Positions 10,108 through 20,063 of a DNA stretch of 64,000 nucleotides are shown piece after piece. Position numbers and translations under genes: made by a program. The stretch's first letter is position 1; the number at the start of each line of letters is the position of its first letter. This DNA is from Candidatus Eiseniibacteriota bacterium (lineage in GTDB: Bacteria > Eisenbacteria > RBG-16-71-46): positions 3,232,001-3,296,000 of the forward strand of contig OY970342.1 of NCBI GenBank assembly GCA_963717505.1, written 5' to 3'. The notes under the pieces were generated by a model. That model was not told where the DNA came from and did not search any database. It worked only from the letters and a program-made list of their open reading frames with translations.

Positions 10108-10392
10108 ATGACGATTCCCCGGCGCCGACTCGAGGCGGTGATCCGCGGTCGTGTGCAGGGCGTCGGGTTTCGCCACTTCGTCTGGCGTCGCGCGACGCAG
10201 CGGGGTCTGCGAGGCCTGGTTCGCAATCGCGCCGACGGGTCGGTCGAAGTGGTCGCGGAAGGCCCCGAACCGGCGCTGGCCGAGTTCCTCGAGCAGCTGC
10301 GCACCGGTCCGCCGGCGGCGCGGGTCGAGGAAGTCGCCGTCCGATGGAGCGAGCCGGTTCTCGACTTTTCTTCCTTCGAAATCGTGGGATAG
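10108..10392 (+). CDS. acyP: Acylphosphatase
   Basis: GRVQGVGFR and VRNRADGSVEVVAEG signatures. Confidence 0.93.
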   Translation: MTIPRRRLEAVIRGRVQGVGFRHFVWRRATQRGLRGLVRNRADGSVEVVAEGPEPALAEFLEQLRTGPPAARVEEVAVRWSEPVLDFSSFEIVG

Positions 10393-10399
10393 TGGCGGC

Positions 10400-11469
10400 A
10401 TGAACTCCGAGCCTCGCCCCGCCACGTTTCGCGATCGCCTCGGCGCAGCTCCTGGTCGCGCGGTCGCCGGACCGGTCATCTCGATCCGCGGGACTACTCG
10501 TCGCTGCTGCTCGACGCCGAATTCGATGCCGCCGACTTCGAGCGCTTCTGTGCCGCGGTCCAGGAGCACGGCCTCGCACTTCCCGAAGAAGTCGTCGATC
10601 CGCCGCCGGCAACGCCGCCGCCCGCGGCGGGAGAGCGGGACCTGCTCGACCTCTACCTCGACGAAATCGGGCGCATCCCCCTGCTCGTCCACGAGGATTT
10701 CCTGGTTCTGGCGCGGCGCGCGGCCGCCGGCAACCCCGACGCTCGACGGCGGATCATTCTCGCCAACCTGCGCCTGGTGGTGCACCTGGCGCGCGGCTAT
10801 CGGAACCGCGGCCTGCCGATGCTCGACCTGATCGAAGAGGGAAACCTCGGACTGATTCACGCGGTCGACCGCTTCGATCCCGAGCGCGCCGTGCGCTTCA
10901 GCACCTACGCGGCGCCCTGGATCCGGCAGTTCATCCTGCGCGGGGTCGCCGAGCAGGCGCGCGCCGTGCGCATCCCGGTCCAGATGTTCCAGCAGGCGCA
11001 GCGCTACCTGCGCATCGAGCACCGGCTGCGCGCGCACCTCGGACGCGAACCCAGGTCGGTCGAAGTCGCCGCCGCACTCGGCATCTCGACGCCGCGCGCC
11101 GAGCGATTGGCAGCACTGGTGCGCGGCATGCACTCGCTCGACCAGAGCCCGGGAATCGAGGCCTTCGAACAGCTCTCGGCCGAGCATCTCGGGCAGAGCC
11201 CGCTCTCGGTCGAGGGACTGGTCGAGCTCCAGCTCGAGCACGAACGCGTCGACCGCCTCCTGCGATCGCTGAGCCAGCGCGAAGAGCAGGTGCTGCGCAT
11301 CCGCTACGGATTCCAGGACGGGATCGCGCGTTCTCTGGCCGAGACCGGCGTCCACTTCGGCATCACGCGCGAACGCGTCCGACAGATCGAAGCCCGGGCG
11401 CTCGACAAGCTGCGGAAGGCTCTGGAATTCGCGGCCGACGACGTCGCTCCCGAGGAAACCGGCGCGTGA
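10400..11469 (+). CDS. RpoS/RpoD-family sigma-70 factor, interrupted by two apparent +1 insertions near 10442 and 10458
   Basis: Region 1.2 (LDLYLDEIGRIPLL), region 2 (ANLRLVV, DLIEEGNLGLIHAVDRFDP, RFSTYA), region 4 (GITRERVRQIE); ATG 10400 joins this frame only after removing two bases; surE-pcm-sigma-apt synteny is RpoS-like. Confidence 0.85.
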
Positions 11470-12008
11470 GCGACCCTGGAAAACGCGCGAGCGAGCTGGA
11501 TCTGCGCGCGTTCATCCGGGACGTTCCCGACTTTCCCAAACCCGGAATCCTGTTTCGCGACATCACGCCGCTGTTGCTCGATCCGGCAGCCCGTGAGACG
11601 TGTGTTCGCCAACTCGCCGCACGCACCGATCGCCCCGACGTCGTGGTTGCGATCGAATCGCGCGGCCTGATTTTCGGCACCGAGCTGGCCGACCACTGGC
11701 GCGTGCCCTTGGTGCCGGCGCGCAAGTTCGGCAAACTGCCGGCGCGGACGGTGCGCACCACCTATTCGCTCGAGTACGGACAGGATTCGCTCGAGCTGCA
11801 TGCCGATGCGCTCAGGCCCGGGCAACGGGTGGCAATCGTCGACGACCTGTTGGCGACCGGCGGCACCGCGGCGGCCACCATCCAGCTGGTCGCACAGCTC
11901 GGCGCTCAGATCTCGGCGTTGCTGTTCGTGATCGAATTGATCGGACTCGACGGCCGCCGGCGCCTCGCGCCGCATCCGGTGCACGCACTGCTCGAGCTGC
12001 CGGCCTAG
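11466..12008 (+). CDS. apt: Adenine phosphoribosyltransferase
   Basis: PDFPKPGILFRDITPLL, IESRG, YSLEYG, VDDLLATGGT. Confidence 0.97.
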   Translation: MSDPGKRASELDLRAFIRDVPDFPKPGILFRDITPLLLDPAARETCVRQLAARTDRPDVVVAIESRGLIFGTELADHWRVPLVPARKFGKLPARTVRTTYSLEYGQDSLELHADALRPGQRVAIVDDLLATGGTAAATIQLVAQLGAQISALLFVIELIGLDGRRRLAPHPVHALLELPA

Positions 12009-12038
12009 CTCGGCGCGGGCGCAACCCGCCCTCGACGA

Positions 12039-12650
12039 CTAGCGGCGGACGCGCACGAGATTTCGAATTACCGTGCCGCCCGAGCCCTCCAGTCGAAGCC
12101 AATAGAGCCCGGGCCCAACCCGACGCCCGTGGGTGTCGGCGCCATCCCACGAACCGGCGTGCACCCCCGGTCCGTACGTGCCCTCGGCGAGCGATCGCAC
12201 CGTGGCACCCCGCAGATCGAAGACGCGGAGTCGAATCCGGTCCTCGGCGGGCAGCGTGAAGGACCACGCGACTTGAGCGGTGGACGGGTTGGGTTGGGGA
12301 AGGGCGAGCGCGAACGGCGGAGTCACGATATCGACCACGATCACGAAGGGAACGCTGGTCGCGCTGCCGTCGCCGTCACGAAAGACGCGGATCGGGCCGC
12401 TGGTCGCAGCGGCCGGAACGATCGCCTTGAGCTGAGTGCCGCCCACCACGCGAAAGTCGGCGGGCGAGCCGCCGAAGTCGACGTGTGTAGCGCCGTCGAG
12501 GTGCTCGCCGATGATCTTGACCAGCGTGCCAGGTGGACCCGAGCGCGGCGTGAACCCGCGCACGATCGGCGATTGGGCCTGCGCGAAACCCGCCACCAGG
12601 GTCAGGGTGGCGAACCCGACGAACGCGCGGATGGCGTTGGGCAAACTCAT
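12039..12650 (-). CDS. Secreted protein with IPT/TIG domain and FlgD-Ig-like C-terminal domain
   Basis: Signal peptide (AQA-Q); FTPRSGPPGTLVKIIG IPT motif; PNP...FDLRG...WDGAD..G..V.PGLY C-terminal domain; GGAGG RBS. Confidence 0.8.
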   Translation of the reverse strand: MSLPNAIRAFVGFATLTLVAGFAQAQSPIVRGFTPRSGPPGTLVKIIGEHLDGATHVDFGGSPADFRVVGGTQLKAIVPAAATSGPIRVFRDGDGSATSVPFVIVVDIVTPPFALALPQPNPSTAQVAWSFTLPAEDRIRLRVFDLRGATVRSLAEGTYGPGVHAGSWDGADTHGRRVGPGLYWLRLEGSGGTVIRNLVRVRR

Positions 12651-12778
12651 GATTCCTCCAACTCGCGGATTCTACGCCCAAGCGGCCTTGCGGGATATCG
12701 CATTCGACGCGACCGCGGCCCATCCCGCACCGGCCCGGCTTGCACGCGCCGGGCCGCGCCGCCGATAGTCCGCCCTCC

Positions 12779-13981
12779 ATGGCCCTGCACGAATGGCTGG
12801 ATCTGTTCCTGCGCTGGTTTCATCTGATCGCGGGCATCGCGTGGATCGGCAGCTCTTTCTACTTCATCTGGCTCGATCGCAGCCTCGAGCGCGCGGCCAG
12901 CGCCGATCCGGACGTCGAGGGCACGCTGTGGATGGTGCACAGCGGCGGCTTCTACCGGGTGGAGCGGCGCAGGATCGGCCCCGGCCGCATGCCCGCCGTG
13001 CTCCACTGGTTCAAGTGGGAGGCGGCACTCACCTGGATGTCGGGCGTCGGGTTGCTCGGCCTGGTCTATCACTCGACCGGGGGGATCTACCTCACGGATC
13101 CTGCGGTGTCGGGGATCTCGCCGGGACTGGCCGCCGGCGCGTCGGTGGTGGCCATCGCGGTCGCCTGGTTCGTCTACGACGGACTGTGGCGGTGGGCGGG
13201 CGGCAGGGAACGGATCGCGGCGGCGCTGTCGTGGATCCTGCTCGCCGCCGTGGCCTTTGGTTTCTGCCAGTTCCTGAGCGGGCGTGCGGCCTTCGTTCAC
13301 GTCGGGGCACTGCTCGGCACCCTCATGGTCGCCAACGTGTGGCTGCGCATCCTGCCCGCGCAGCAACAGATGATCGACGCGACCAAGGCCGGACGGACGC
13401 CGGACTTCTCACGGGGCGAAGCCGCGAAACATCGCTCCGTGCACAACAGCTACATGACGTTTCCGGTGTTGTTCCTGATGCTCAGCCCGCATTTCCCCGG
13501 GCTCCACGCAGGGGCGGACAATATCGTGGCCCTGGCGCTGGTCACCGTGATCGGCGTCGGGGTGCGCCATCTCATGATCGGCAGCGGATCCGGTCGATGG
13601 TGGGCCGCGGGCCCGGTGGCCGCTGCGCTCGTCACTGTGATCGCGATCTCTCCGCCGGGTCGCATGCCGGTGGTTTCAGAGTCGGGTCCGGCGGCCCCCG
13701 ATAGCGCCGACGCACGGCCCGCGACCTTCGTCAACGTTCAGGCCATTGTGCTCTCGCGCTGCACGGCCTGCCACTCGGCAACGCCGCGGATCGACACCTT
13801 TGGTTCGGCTCCGGGCGGCGTGTCGTTCGACGATCCGCGCGAGATTCGCCGCTGGGCGGACCGACTGGGCATGCGGGTGGTCCATACGCGCACCATGCCC
13901 CTCGGCAACATGACCGCGATGACAACCGAGGAGCGGGATCTGATCGCGCGTTGGCTCGCGCGCGGCGCACCGGGCGATTAG
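12779..13981 (+). CDS. puuD: Membrane urate hydroxylase PuuD with C-terminal cytochrome c domain
   Basis: LRWFHLIAGIAWIGSSFYF, WMVHSGGFY, LHWFKWEA, RSVHNSYMTFPV; CTACH heme motif and MPLGNMTAMT. Confidence 0.88.
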   Translation: MALHEWLDLFLRWFHLIAGIAWIGSSFYFIWLDRSLERAASADPDVEGTLWMVHSGGFYRVERRRIGPGRMPAVLHWFKWEAALTWMSGVGLLGLVYHSTGGIYLTDPAVSGISPGLAAGASVVAIAVAWFVYDGLWRWAGGRERIAAALSWILLAAVAFGFCQFLSGRAAFVHVGALLGTLMVANVWLRILPAQQQMIDATKAGRTPDFSRGEAAKHRSVHNSYMTFPVLFLMLSPHFPGLHAGADNIVALALVTVIGVGVRHLMIGSGSGRWWAAGPVAAALVTVIAISPPGRMPVVSESGPAAPDSADARPATFVNVQAIVLSRCTACHSATPRIDTFGSAPGGVSFDDPREIRRWADRLGMRVVHTRTMPLGNMTAMTTEERDLIARWLARGAPGD

Positions 13982-14078
13982 CGTGTTCCCCGGCCTGTGG
14001 TGGCGCGGGGAACCGAAATGGCCATGAGGAGTGTGGATACGACGACGGCGGTCAGCAGGCGGGGCATTGGCGACTGAA

Positions 14079-15092
14079 TCATGACCGTCGGTATACGACG
14101 ACCCACCGGCGAACCGCCATGCCGGTCAGCCCGCCGATCACGATCCCGACGGGTGCGACATAAAGGGCACCGACCAACCCGCCCTCGGCTACGCTGGCTT
14201 CCGAGGTCCCGGAGACGCCAACGGCCGCCATCCCCACCAGTGCACCGAGGACGCCGAAGCTCACACCGCCAGCGATTGCGCCCTGCCACATACTCCCACC
14301 CCGCGTCTCGATTCGATCGACCTGGTCCCACGTGATCATTCCGGGACTGGCCGCACCGGCATCGTGCTTCCCGTGACGATCCGCGCGGAGTTCTTCGAGC
14401 CCCTCGGGCCCCGCGATGCCCGCATATCCCTGGAACGACCCGAACGACCCCTGCGCGCGGAACAACTTGTTAGGGTCGAGTCGGCTGCAGGCGCTGAGGA
14501 TGGCAGGGTCTGCGACCGGTGCTGACACCGGCGGCGCCAGCACCACGGCATCATCCACCGGCTCCGGGCGCCCAACGGTGTCCGCAACATACCAGTTCCG
14601 TTCGGATCGGAATCGCGCACCGTATTTGCCGCCAAGATATCCACCGATTCCTCCGAATACGAGCAGACCCCCCAGCGCCAGCCGGCCACCCCGGTCGTAG
14701 GGAGCGCCGAGCGCGTTGCCTAGTCCGGCACCCAGGAGGCCCAACGTCACGGCGCCGACAGTTCCCCAACCCCGTGATCGTGTGACGACCTCGTCGATGC
14801 GTTGGATCCGATCCCATGTCATCGAGCCGGGGAGTTGCACGCCATCGGGGGTCGACATGCCGTGGAGGCCGAGCGCATCGAGCCGAAGCACCTTCCGTTC
14901 GACCATTCCAGAATCGGCCGTGATGTGCAGCCACGGGTGGTTCCGGTTGTTCTTCTGAAACTGGAACAGAGCATTCGGCGAGGGGCCCACCGTCGGCTCC
15001 GAACCGGCGGCGAAACGGAATGGGATCGTGGTCGCTAGGAGCAGTACGACAAGTCCGCCCATCATCGGGCGCACCACGGCGATTGCCTTCAC
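14079..15092 (-). CDS. Hypothetical membrane protein with internal duplication and Gly-rich helices
   Basis: N-terminal hydrophobic segment; two units of (P)G..(M/I)TWD.(I/V).RI(D/E) followed by Gly-rich TM pairs. Confidence 0.6.
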   Translation of the reverse strand: MKAIAVVRPMMGGLVVLLLATTIPFRFAAGSEPTVGPSPNALFQFQKNNRNHPWLHITADSGMVERKVLRLDALGLHGMSTPDGVQLPGSMTWDRIQRIDEVVTRSRGWGTVGAVTLGLLGAGLGNALGAPYDRGGRLALGGLLVFGGIGGYLGGKYGARFRSERNWYVADTVGRPEPVDDAVVLAPPVSAPVADPAILSACSRLDPNKLFRAQGSFGSFQGYAGIAGPEGLEELRADRHGKHDAGAASPGMITWDQVDRIETRGGSMWQGAIAGGVSFGVLGALVGMAAVGVSGTSEASVAEGGLVGALYVAPVGIVIGGLTGMAVRRWVVVYRRS

Positions 15093-15103
15093 CCGAAGGT
15101 CGC

Positions 15104-16372
15104 TTACCAGCCGGCACCCACCCCAACTTGCGAGGCGACCGCTCGTGAATCCGAGTCGTCATCGTCGTCGTCGTGATGCCGGTGGCCCTTCCCTGCACGC
15201 CGCGCCAGCTCTTCGAACGCTTGCGCGACCTCATCGGCCGAAATCATGTCGGTGTGCCCGTATCGCCCGGCAAAGGTCCTTTGATCGAGCAGGCTGAGGT
15301 CGCCCCGCCTGGCCACGAGCTCGCGGTAGCGGGTTTCGTTGAAACCGGGCACCACCGGGTCGAATTGGTTGGAGAGCGCGATCATCGGGATCCTCAACCG
15401 GCCCGTCGTCTCGTAGTTGCGCTCCAGGTACTCCTGGGCCTGGCGGCTCGAACAATAGCGAGCGACCCGCGCATTGATGTCGGCGAGCACCGGCGCGGGA
15501 AGCGGACCGGAATACGTCACGTGCGAATTGTCGAAGAAATCGCCCCCGGTCCGGTCGAGCAGGTCCTCGAGCTCGACGAAATGGAGGGCCAGCGTCTGGA
15601 CGATGGAGCCCACCAGCTGCTGACCGTTGGAGAAGGGAACGGGCGTCTGCACCAGCTGGCTGATGATCGCCGCGCCCTGGGGATCGGCGCTCATCGCCTG
15701 GACCGCAGGACCGATCACGTGCTGGTTGAGATTCAGTCCCGGCGGAATGTAGTACAGGTCGCCTTGCAGGACGCCCGGGTAGAACACGTCGAAGAGGACC
15801 CGGACGTGAGCGATGTAGTCGACGATCCCCTGGCTGCCTCCAATCAGGCCGCACTCCGTGAGCACGCCGTCATAGTCCTCGGGATGGCGCTCCGCCAACG
15901 CGAGCGCGATGTCCCCGCCCATCGAAGAGCCGATCAGAAAGACGCGCCGGGGCTGTCCCAGTCTGCGGCTGAAGAGTTCCTCGAGATTCTCGGTCTCCCG
16001 GATGCCTTCCTTCACCGCCAGACCGTTCTCCGAGAAGCTCGAATAGGCGACCGCAACGCGCTGCGCCAGGAGCTGATCGCGGAGATCCTCGATCGGGGGT
16101 AGTTGGATCGGATCCGTGGGCGCGGTGAAGCCGTGCGCGTAGAGCACCAGATCGCCATTCCACCGTTCGGGACGATACAGCGCATACAGCGCGCCGGATT
16201 GCGTCTTCCCGATGATCTCGGCGGCATCCCTGTAATGGGATGCGTGCAATTCCTGCGTGGGATCGAGGACTACGCTCTCGGTCGCGGGTTGGGTGGTAAG
16301 AGCCTTCTTCCCACAACTCGAGGAGACAACGAGGGCCAAAGCGAGCAGCCACGGACTCCAGCGACGAAACAT
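15104..16372 (-). CDS. Alpha/beta-hydrolase-fold lipoprotein
   Basis: Lipobox-like VSSS-C; LYAHG oxyanion region; GSSMGG nucleophile elbow; DPVV and GH late catalytic residues; AGGAGG RBS before ATG 16372. Confidence 0.8.
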   Translation of the reverse strand: MFRRWSPWLLALALVVSSSCGKKALTTQPATESVVLDPTQELHASHYRDAAEIIGKTQSGALYALYRPERWNGDLVLYAHGFTAPTDPIQLPPIEDLRDQLLAQRVAVAYSSFSENGLAVKEGIRETENLEELFSRRLGQPRRVFLIGSSMGGDIALALAERHPEDYDGVLTECGLIGGSQGIVDYIAHVRVLFDVFYPGVLQGDLYYIPPGLNLNQHVIGPAVQAMSADPQGAAIISQLVQTPVPFSNGQQLVGSIVQTLALHFVELEDLLDRTGGDFFDNSHVTYSGPLPAPVLADINARVARYCSSRQAQEYLERNYETTGRLRIPMIALSNQFDPVVPGFNETRYRELVARRGDLSLLDQRTFAGRYGHTDMISADEVAQAFEELARRAGKGHRHHDDDDDDSDSRAVASQVGVGAGW

Positions 16373-16547
16373 GGCGGACCTCCTGATCGGGGAAGCATCG
16401 AGGAGCATGTCGAAACGACGGGTCGACGGAGGACCTGCAGCCTTACCCGGAGAGCCGGGTTCTGCCAGGAACCGGTGGGAGCGGCCTGAACTCTAGCGAC
16501 CTGGAATCCCTTCTACCCCCATAAAGGCCCAATAGCTACACAATTCT

Positions 16548-19500
16548 CTACAAAGCCAGCAGGATTCCCCGCGCTGGGCGGCCCGTGGCGGCGGCAATCG
16601 CACGCGCGTACAGCGCGACCTGGCGGCGGTGGCGCGCCGGATCGACCTCGATCTCGCGCCCGGTCTTGAAGTCGACGACGATCCAGCCGTCCGCTTCCTC
16701 GAAGGCCAGATCCGCCTGACCCTCGATCACGGTCCCGTCAGGAGCGCACGACGTCACCGGGATCTCGCGCCGGCAGCGGCCCGCGCGCCAGGCGACGCGG
16801 GCCCGCTCGAACAGCGGATTCTCGAGCGCGGCAACGGCAGTCGCGGTGGCGGTCTCGACTTCGGCTTCGGACGCGCCCAGCACGCGGCCCTGGAACGCGC
16901 TCGTCTGGGCGATCCGATCGCGATCGGCGTCGAGCGGGACGGTGGCCAGCACCGCGTGCACCAGCGATCCCAGTCGGGCGCCGGACGGCGCTCCTGCACC
17001 CGCCTTCAGGATCTCGATATCGTCCGCAGCGTCGACACCGGCCGCAGCCACCGAAGTCGCGGTGGCGACCCGCACCCAAGGTTCGGCGGCCGCGGCAAGC
17101 GTTGCCGCGCGTTCGCGTTCCCAGCTTCGATAGCGCTCGAGGTCCGAATCGATCGGCGCGGCTTCGGGATCGAGCAGTTCGACGTGGCGGAGTTCGGGGC
17201 GCGGGCGGGGCTCGAGGTCGAGTGCCAGCGGGTCCCACCAAGTGACGTCGTATCCCGGCTGCGCGTGACGCCCGGGGCGAACGCCTTGCGCGATGGGATC
17301 GCCGGGTCTTCTCAGTGTCGCGTCCTCGCCGAACTCCGGGCAGCCGGCCGATGGCGTGGATTCACGCCACCGCGCCGCTTCGGGATAGATCGCGGGCAGG
17401 AGCGGCGACACCCAGGTCGGCCGATTGCGGCCTTCGAGTCGGCCGTCTCCGCGTCCCCAGACCTCGTCGCTCACCACCGGCACCACGAGCACATCGCGCG
17501 CCCGCGTGGCGGCGACATACGCGATGCGAACCCCTTCGGCGCGGTCTTTCAGCATTTCTGCTTCGCGGGCTTCGATCAATTCCCAGGGCATGCAACCGGC
17601 GAGTCGCAGCGCGCATAGATTGCGCTCGGGATCCATCCGGCGCTCCGCCGACCAGCCGTGCAGGTGTGCGGCGGGATCGGCGAGGATCACCACCGGGAAT
17701 TCCAGGCCCTTGGCCTTGTGCAGGGTCATGACCCGAACGCCGTCGCTGCCTTCCTCGAGGATCGGCGCCTCGCCGGTGTCGGCGTTCGCGGCGTCCTGGT
17801 CGAGCTGGGCGACGAACCCGCGGAAGGAAAGTCCTCCGGAGCGCTCGAACCTCCGCGCTTGTTCGGCCAGGTGGAGCACATTGGCCAACACTTGTTCGCC
17901 CGATTGCTGGAGCGCAAACCCAGCGTGCGCCCGGGTGGCTTCGAGCAAGCGCACGATGGTCTCGGCCACCGGCCGGCGATTCCGCTCGCGATGAAGCGCG
18001 GCCAAGAGCTCGAGTGAGGCCACGATCGGTTGGAGGTGCTCGTCGACGGCGCCGGGCGGCGGGCGGAACGGATGGAGCCGGCCATGGCGGTGGCGGTACT
18101 CGAGCAATTCCTCGTCGCCGATCGCGATCAAGGGTCCGTGCAAGGTCGCGAACACCGACAGCTCGTCGTCCGGCCACTCGACGGCGGTCAATGCCGTGCG
18201 CAGCGCTTCGACTTCGGCCCGCTCGTGAAACGACCGCCCGCCGACCAGCAGATGCCGAATGCCGCGGCGCTCGAGCGCTTCGAGATAGGGCCGGGTCAGG
18301 TCTTCACCGAAGCTCACGAATCGCCGGAACAGGAGGCAGACGTGCCTCGGGGCCACCGGCACTCGCGCGCCATCGTGCCCTTCGGTGACGGTCCAGCCAC
18401 TGCGCGTGACCAGCCACTCGACCCAGGCGCCGACCGCCGCCGGGAGTGAAGCCGCGATCGCCCGGCCGGTGACCCCGAATGCGCCCTGGGGCGACGGAAT
18501 CGGCAATGCGACCAGCGCCGGCTGATCGCCCTCGGCGCCACGCACCGGATCGAGCGGCAAGTAGGCGGCCTGGAGCGATGCGCGATCACCGTCCATCGCC
18601 GCCGCGAACGCCCGATTTACCGCGCTCTGGATCGCCGGCACCGAGCGGAAGCTCGCGCTCAGCTTCACGTCCAGAGCCCCGCGCCGAACCAGCAGGTCCC
18701 GCACTTCCTGGTACACGGCGAGGTCGGCCCGCCGAAAGCGATAGATCGCCTGTTTGGGATCGCCGACCACGAACAGCCGGCCGGCCCCGGGGACGACACG
18801 CCGCCAGTCGCGCTCGGCGGGGTCCTGCGAGATCAGCAACAGGAGCAGTTCGGCTTGCAGCAGATCGGTGTCCTGGAACTCGTCGACGAAGAAATGTGTG
18901 AAGCGGCGCGCGAAGTCGACCCGCACCGCCGGATGGTCGCGCACCAGGTCGCGCGCGCTGAGCAGCAAGTCGAGATAGTCGACGCGACCCCGCGACAGCT
19001 TGGCTTCCTGGTAACGGCCGAGCACGCCGTTCAGCTCACGGTGCAGGCAGGCGGCGAGGTCGGCGTCGGCCGCGACCGCGAAGGTTTTGAGTGCCACCAC
19101 CAACGATGCGTGCGCCGCCTGGACCGCGGCTCGCGAGACGTCGGGCCCGTACGCGGCGCCGCGACCGGTGCGCGGCTCCCCGAATCGCTCCTTGCCGGCG
19201 CGACGCCCCGGGAGTCCGACCAGCTCGGCTTCGATACCATCGTGATCGCGCGGCCGCACGCGCTCGGCACGCCTGAGCTCCTGGCTCATGGCGCGCGCCG
19301 GTTCGGTGTCGAGGTAGAGCACGTCGTCCTTGGGCCGGGCGCAGCGGGCACTCAGGTCGGCAAAGGCGTGGATCTGTTCGACCAGGGCGTCGACCTCGGC
19401 CTCGCGACGAAACGGCGGACGACGCCACGGGGCCGACAGGTCGCGCCATTCCGCGAGCTGCCAGGCGGCGCGTTCCAGTCGGCGCACGGGATCGTCGTCG

Positions 19501-20063
19501 TCGTCGCGCCCGCGCCGGCGCAGGGAGCGGCGCACCCCCTCGGTCGGCGCGTACAGGGTCTCCTCGAACCACTGGCGGAACGAGCGCGCGAACAGCCGGC
19601 GCGCGTCGCGTTCGTCGAGCACCTCGAACCCCGGGTCGACTCCGGCTTCGACCGACCTCTCGCGCAGGATTTCCGCGCAGAACCCATGAATGGTCCCGAC
19701 CCAGGCTTCTTCGAGATGCGCGATCGCAGACTCGAGACGTTCCCGCTCCGCGCTGCCGGCGCTCGACTCCTGGCGGGCGCCCTCGAGTTGCGAGCGGATC
19801 TTGAGCTTCATCTCGCCCGCGGCCTTCTCGGTGAACGTCATGGCGACGATCCGGTCCACGGTCGCGCGGCCCGCGGCGATCAACGCCACCATGCGGCGGA
19901 CCATCTCGGTGGTCTTCCCGGTTCCAGCGGCGGCTTCGACCACTACGTTGCGCTCGAGCTCGGACGCGATCATGCGTCGAGCCTCGGCATCGGCGAGCGC
20001 GGGAATGCTCGGCGCCGCCGGCGCAGGAGCCGCGTCGACCGCCCGGGATTTGCGCGCGGTCAT
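16548..20063 (-). CDS. addA: UvrD-like helicase-nuclease, AddA/RecB type
   Basis: AAAGTGKT, TFTEKAA, VDEFQDT, VGDPKQAIYRFRRAD, TLHKAKGLEFP, YVAATRAR; C-terminal nuclease (GQADL, VDFKT, QVALY); start overlaps the partner gene stop. Confidence 0.88.
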   Translation of the reverse strand: MTARKSRAVDAAPAPAAPSIPALADAEARRMIASELERNVVVEAAAGTGKTTEMVRRMVALIAAGRATVDRIVAMTFTEKAAGEMKLKIRSQLEGARQESSAGSAERERLESAIAHLEEAWVGTIHGFCAEILRERSVEAGVDPGFEVLDERDARRLFARSFRQWFEETLYAPTEGVRRSLRRRGRDDDDDPVRRLERAAWQLAEWRDLSAPWRRPPFRREAEVDALVEQIHAFADLSARCARPKDDVLYLDTEPARAMSQELRRAERVRPRDHDGIEAELVGLPGRRAGKERFGEPRTGRGAAYGPDVSRAAVQAAHASLVVALKTFAVAADADLAACLHRELNGVLGRYQEAKLSRGRVDYLDLLLSARDLVRDHPAVRVDFARRFTHFFVDEFQDTDLLQAELLLLLISQDPAERDWRRVVPGAGRLFVVGDPKQAIYRFRRADLAVYQEVRDLLVRRGALDVKLSASFRSVPAIQSAVNRAFAAAMDGDRASLQAAYLPLDPVRGAEGDQPALVALPIPSPQGAFGVTGRAIAASLPAAVGAWVEWLVTRSGWTVTEGHDGARVPVAPRHVCLLFRRFVSFGEDLTRPYLEALERRGIRHLLVGGRSFHERAEVEALRTALTAVEWPDDELSVFATLHGPLIAIGDEELLEYRHRHGRLHPFRPPPGAVDEHLQPIVASLELLAALHRERNRRPVAETIVRLLEATRAHAGFALQQSGEQVLANVLHLAEQARRFERSGGLSFRGFVAQLDQDAANADTGEAPILEEGSDGVRVMTLHKAKGLEFPVVILADPAAHLHGWSAERRMDPERNLCALRLAGCMPWELIEAREAEMLKDRAEGVRIAYVAATRARDVLVVPVVSDEVWGRGDGRLEGRNRPTWVSPLLPAIYPEAARWRESTPSAGCPEFGEDATLRRPGDPIAQGVRPGRHAQPGYDVTWWDPLALDLEPRPRPELRHVELLDPEAAPIDSDLERYRSWERERAATLAAAAEPWVRVATATSVAAAGVDAADDIEILKAGAGAPSGARLGSLVHAVLATVPLDADRDRIAQTSAFQGRVLGASEAEVETATATAVAALENPLFERARVAWRAGRCRREIPVTSCAPDGTVIEGQADLAFEEADGWIVVDFKTGREIEVDPARHRRQVALYARAIAAATGRPARGILLAL

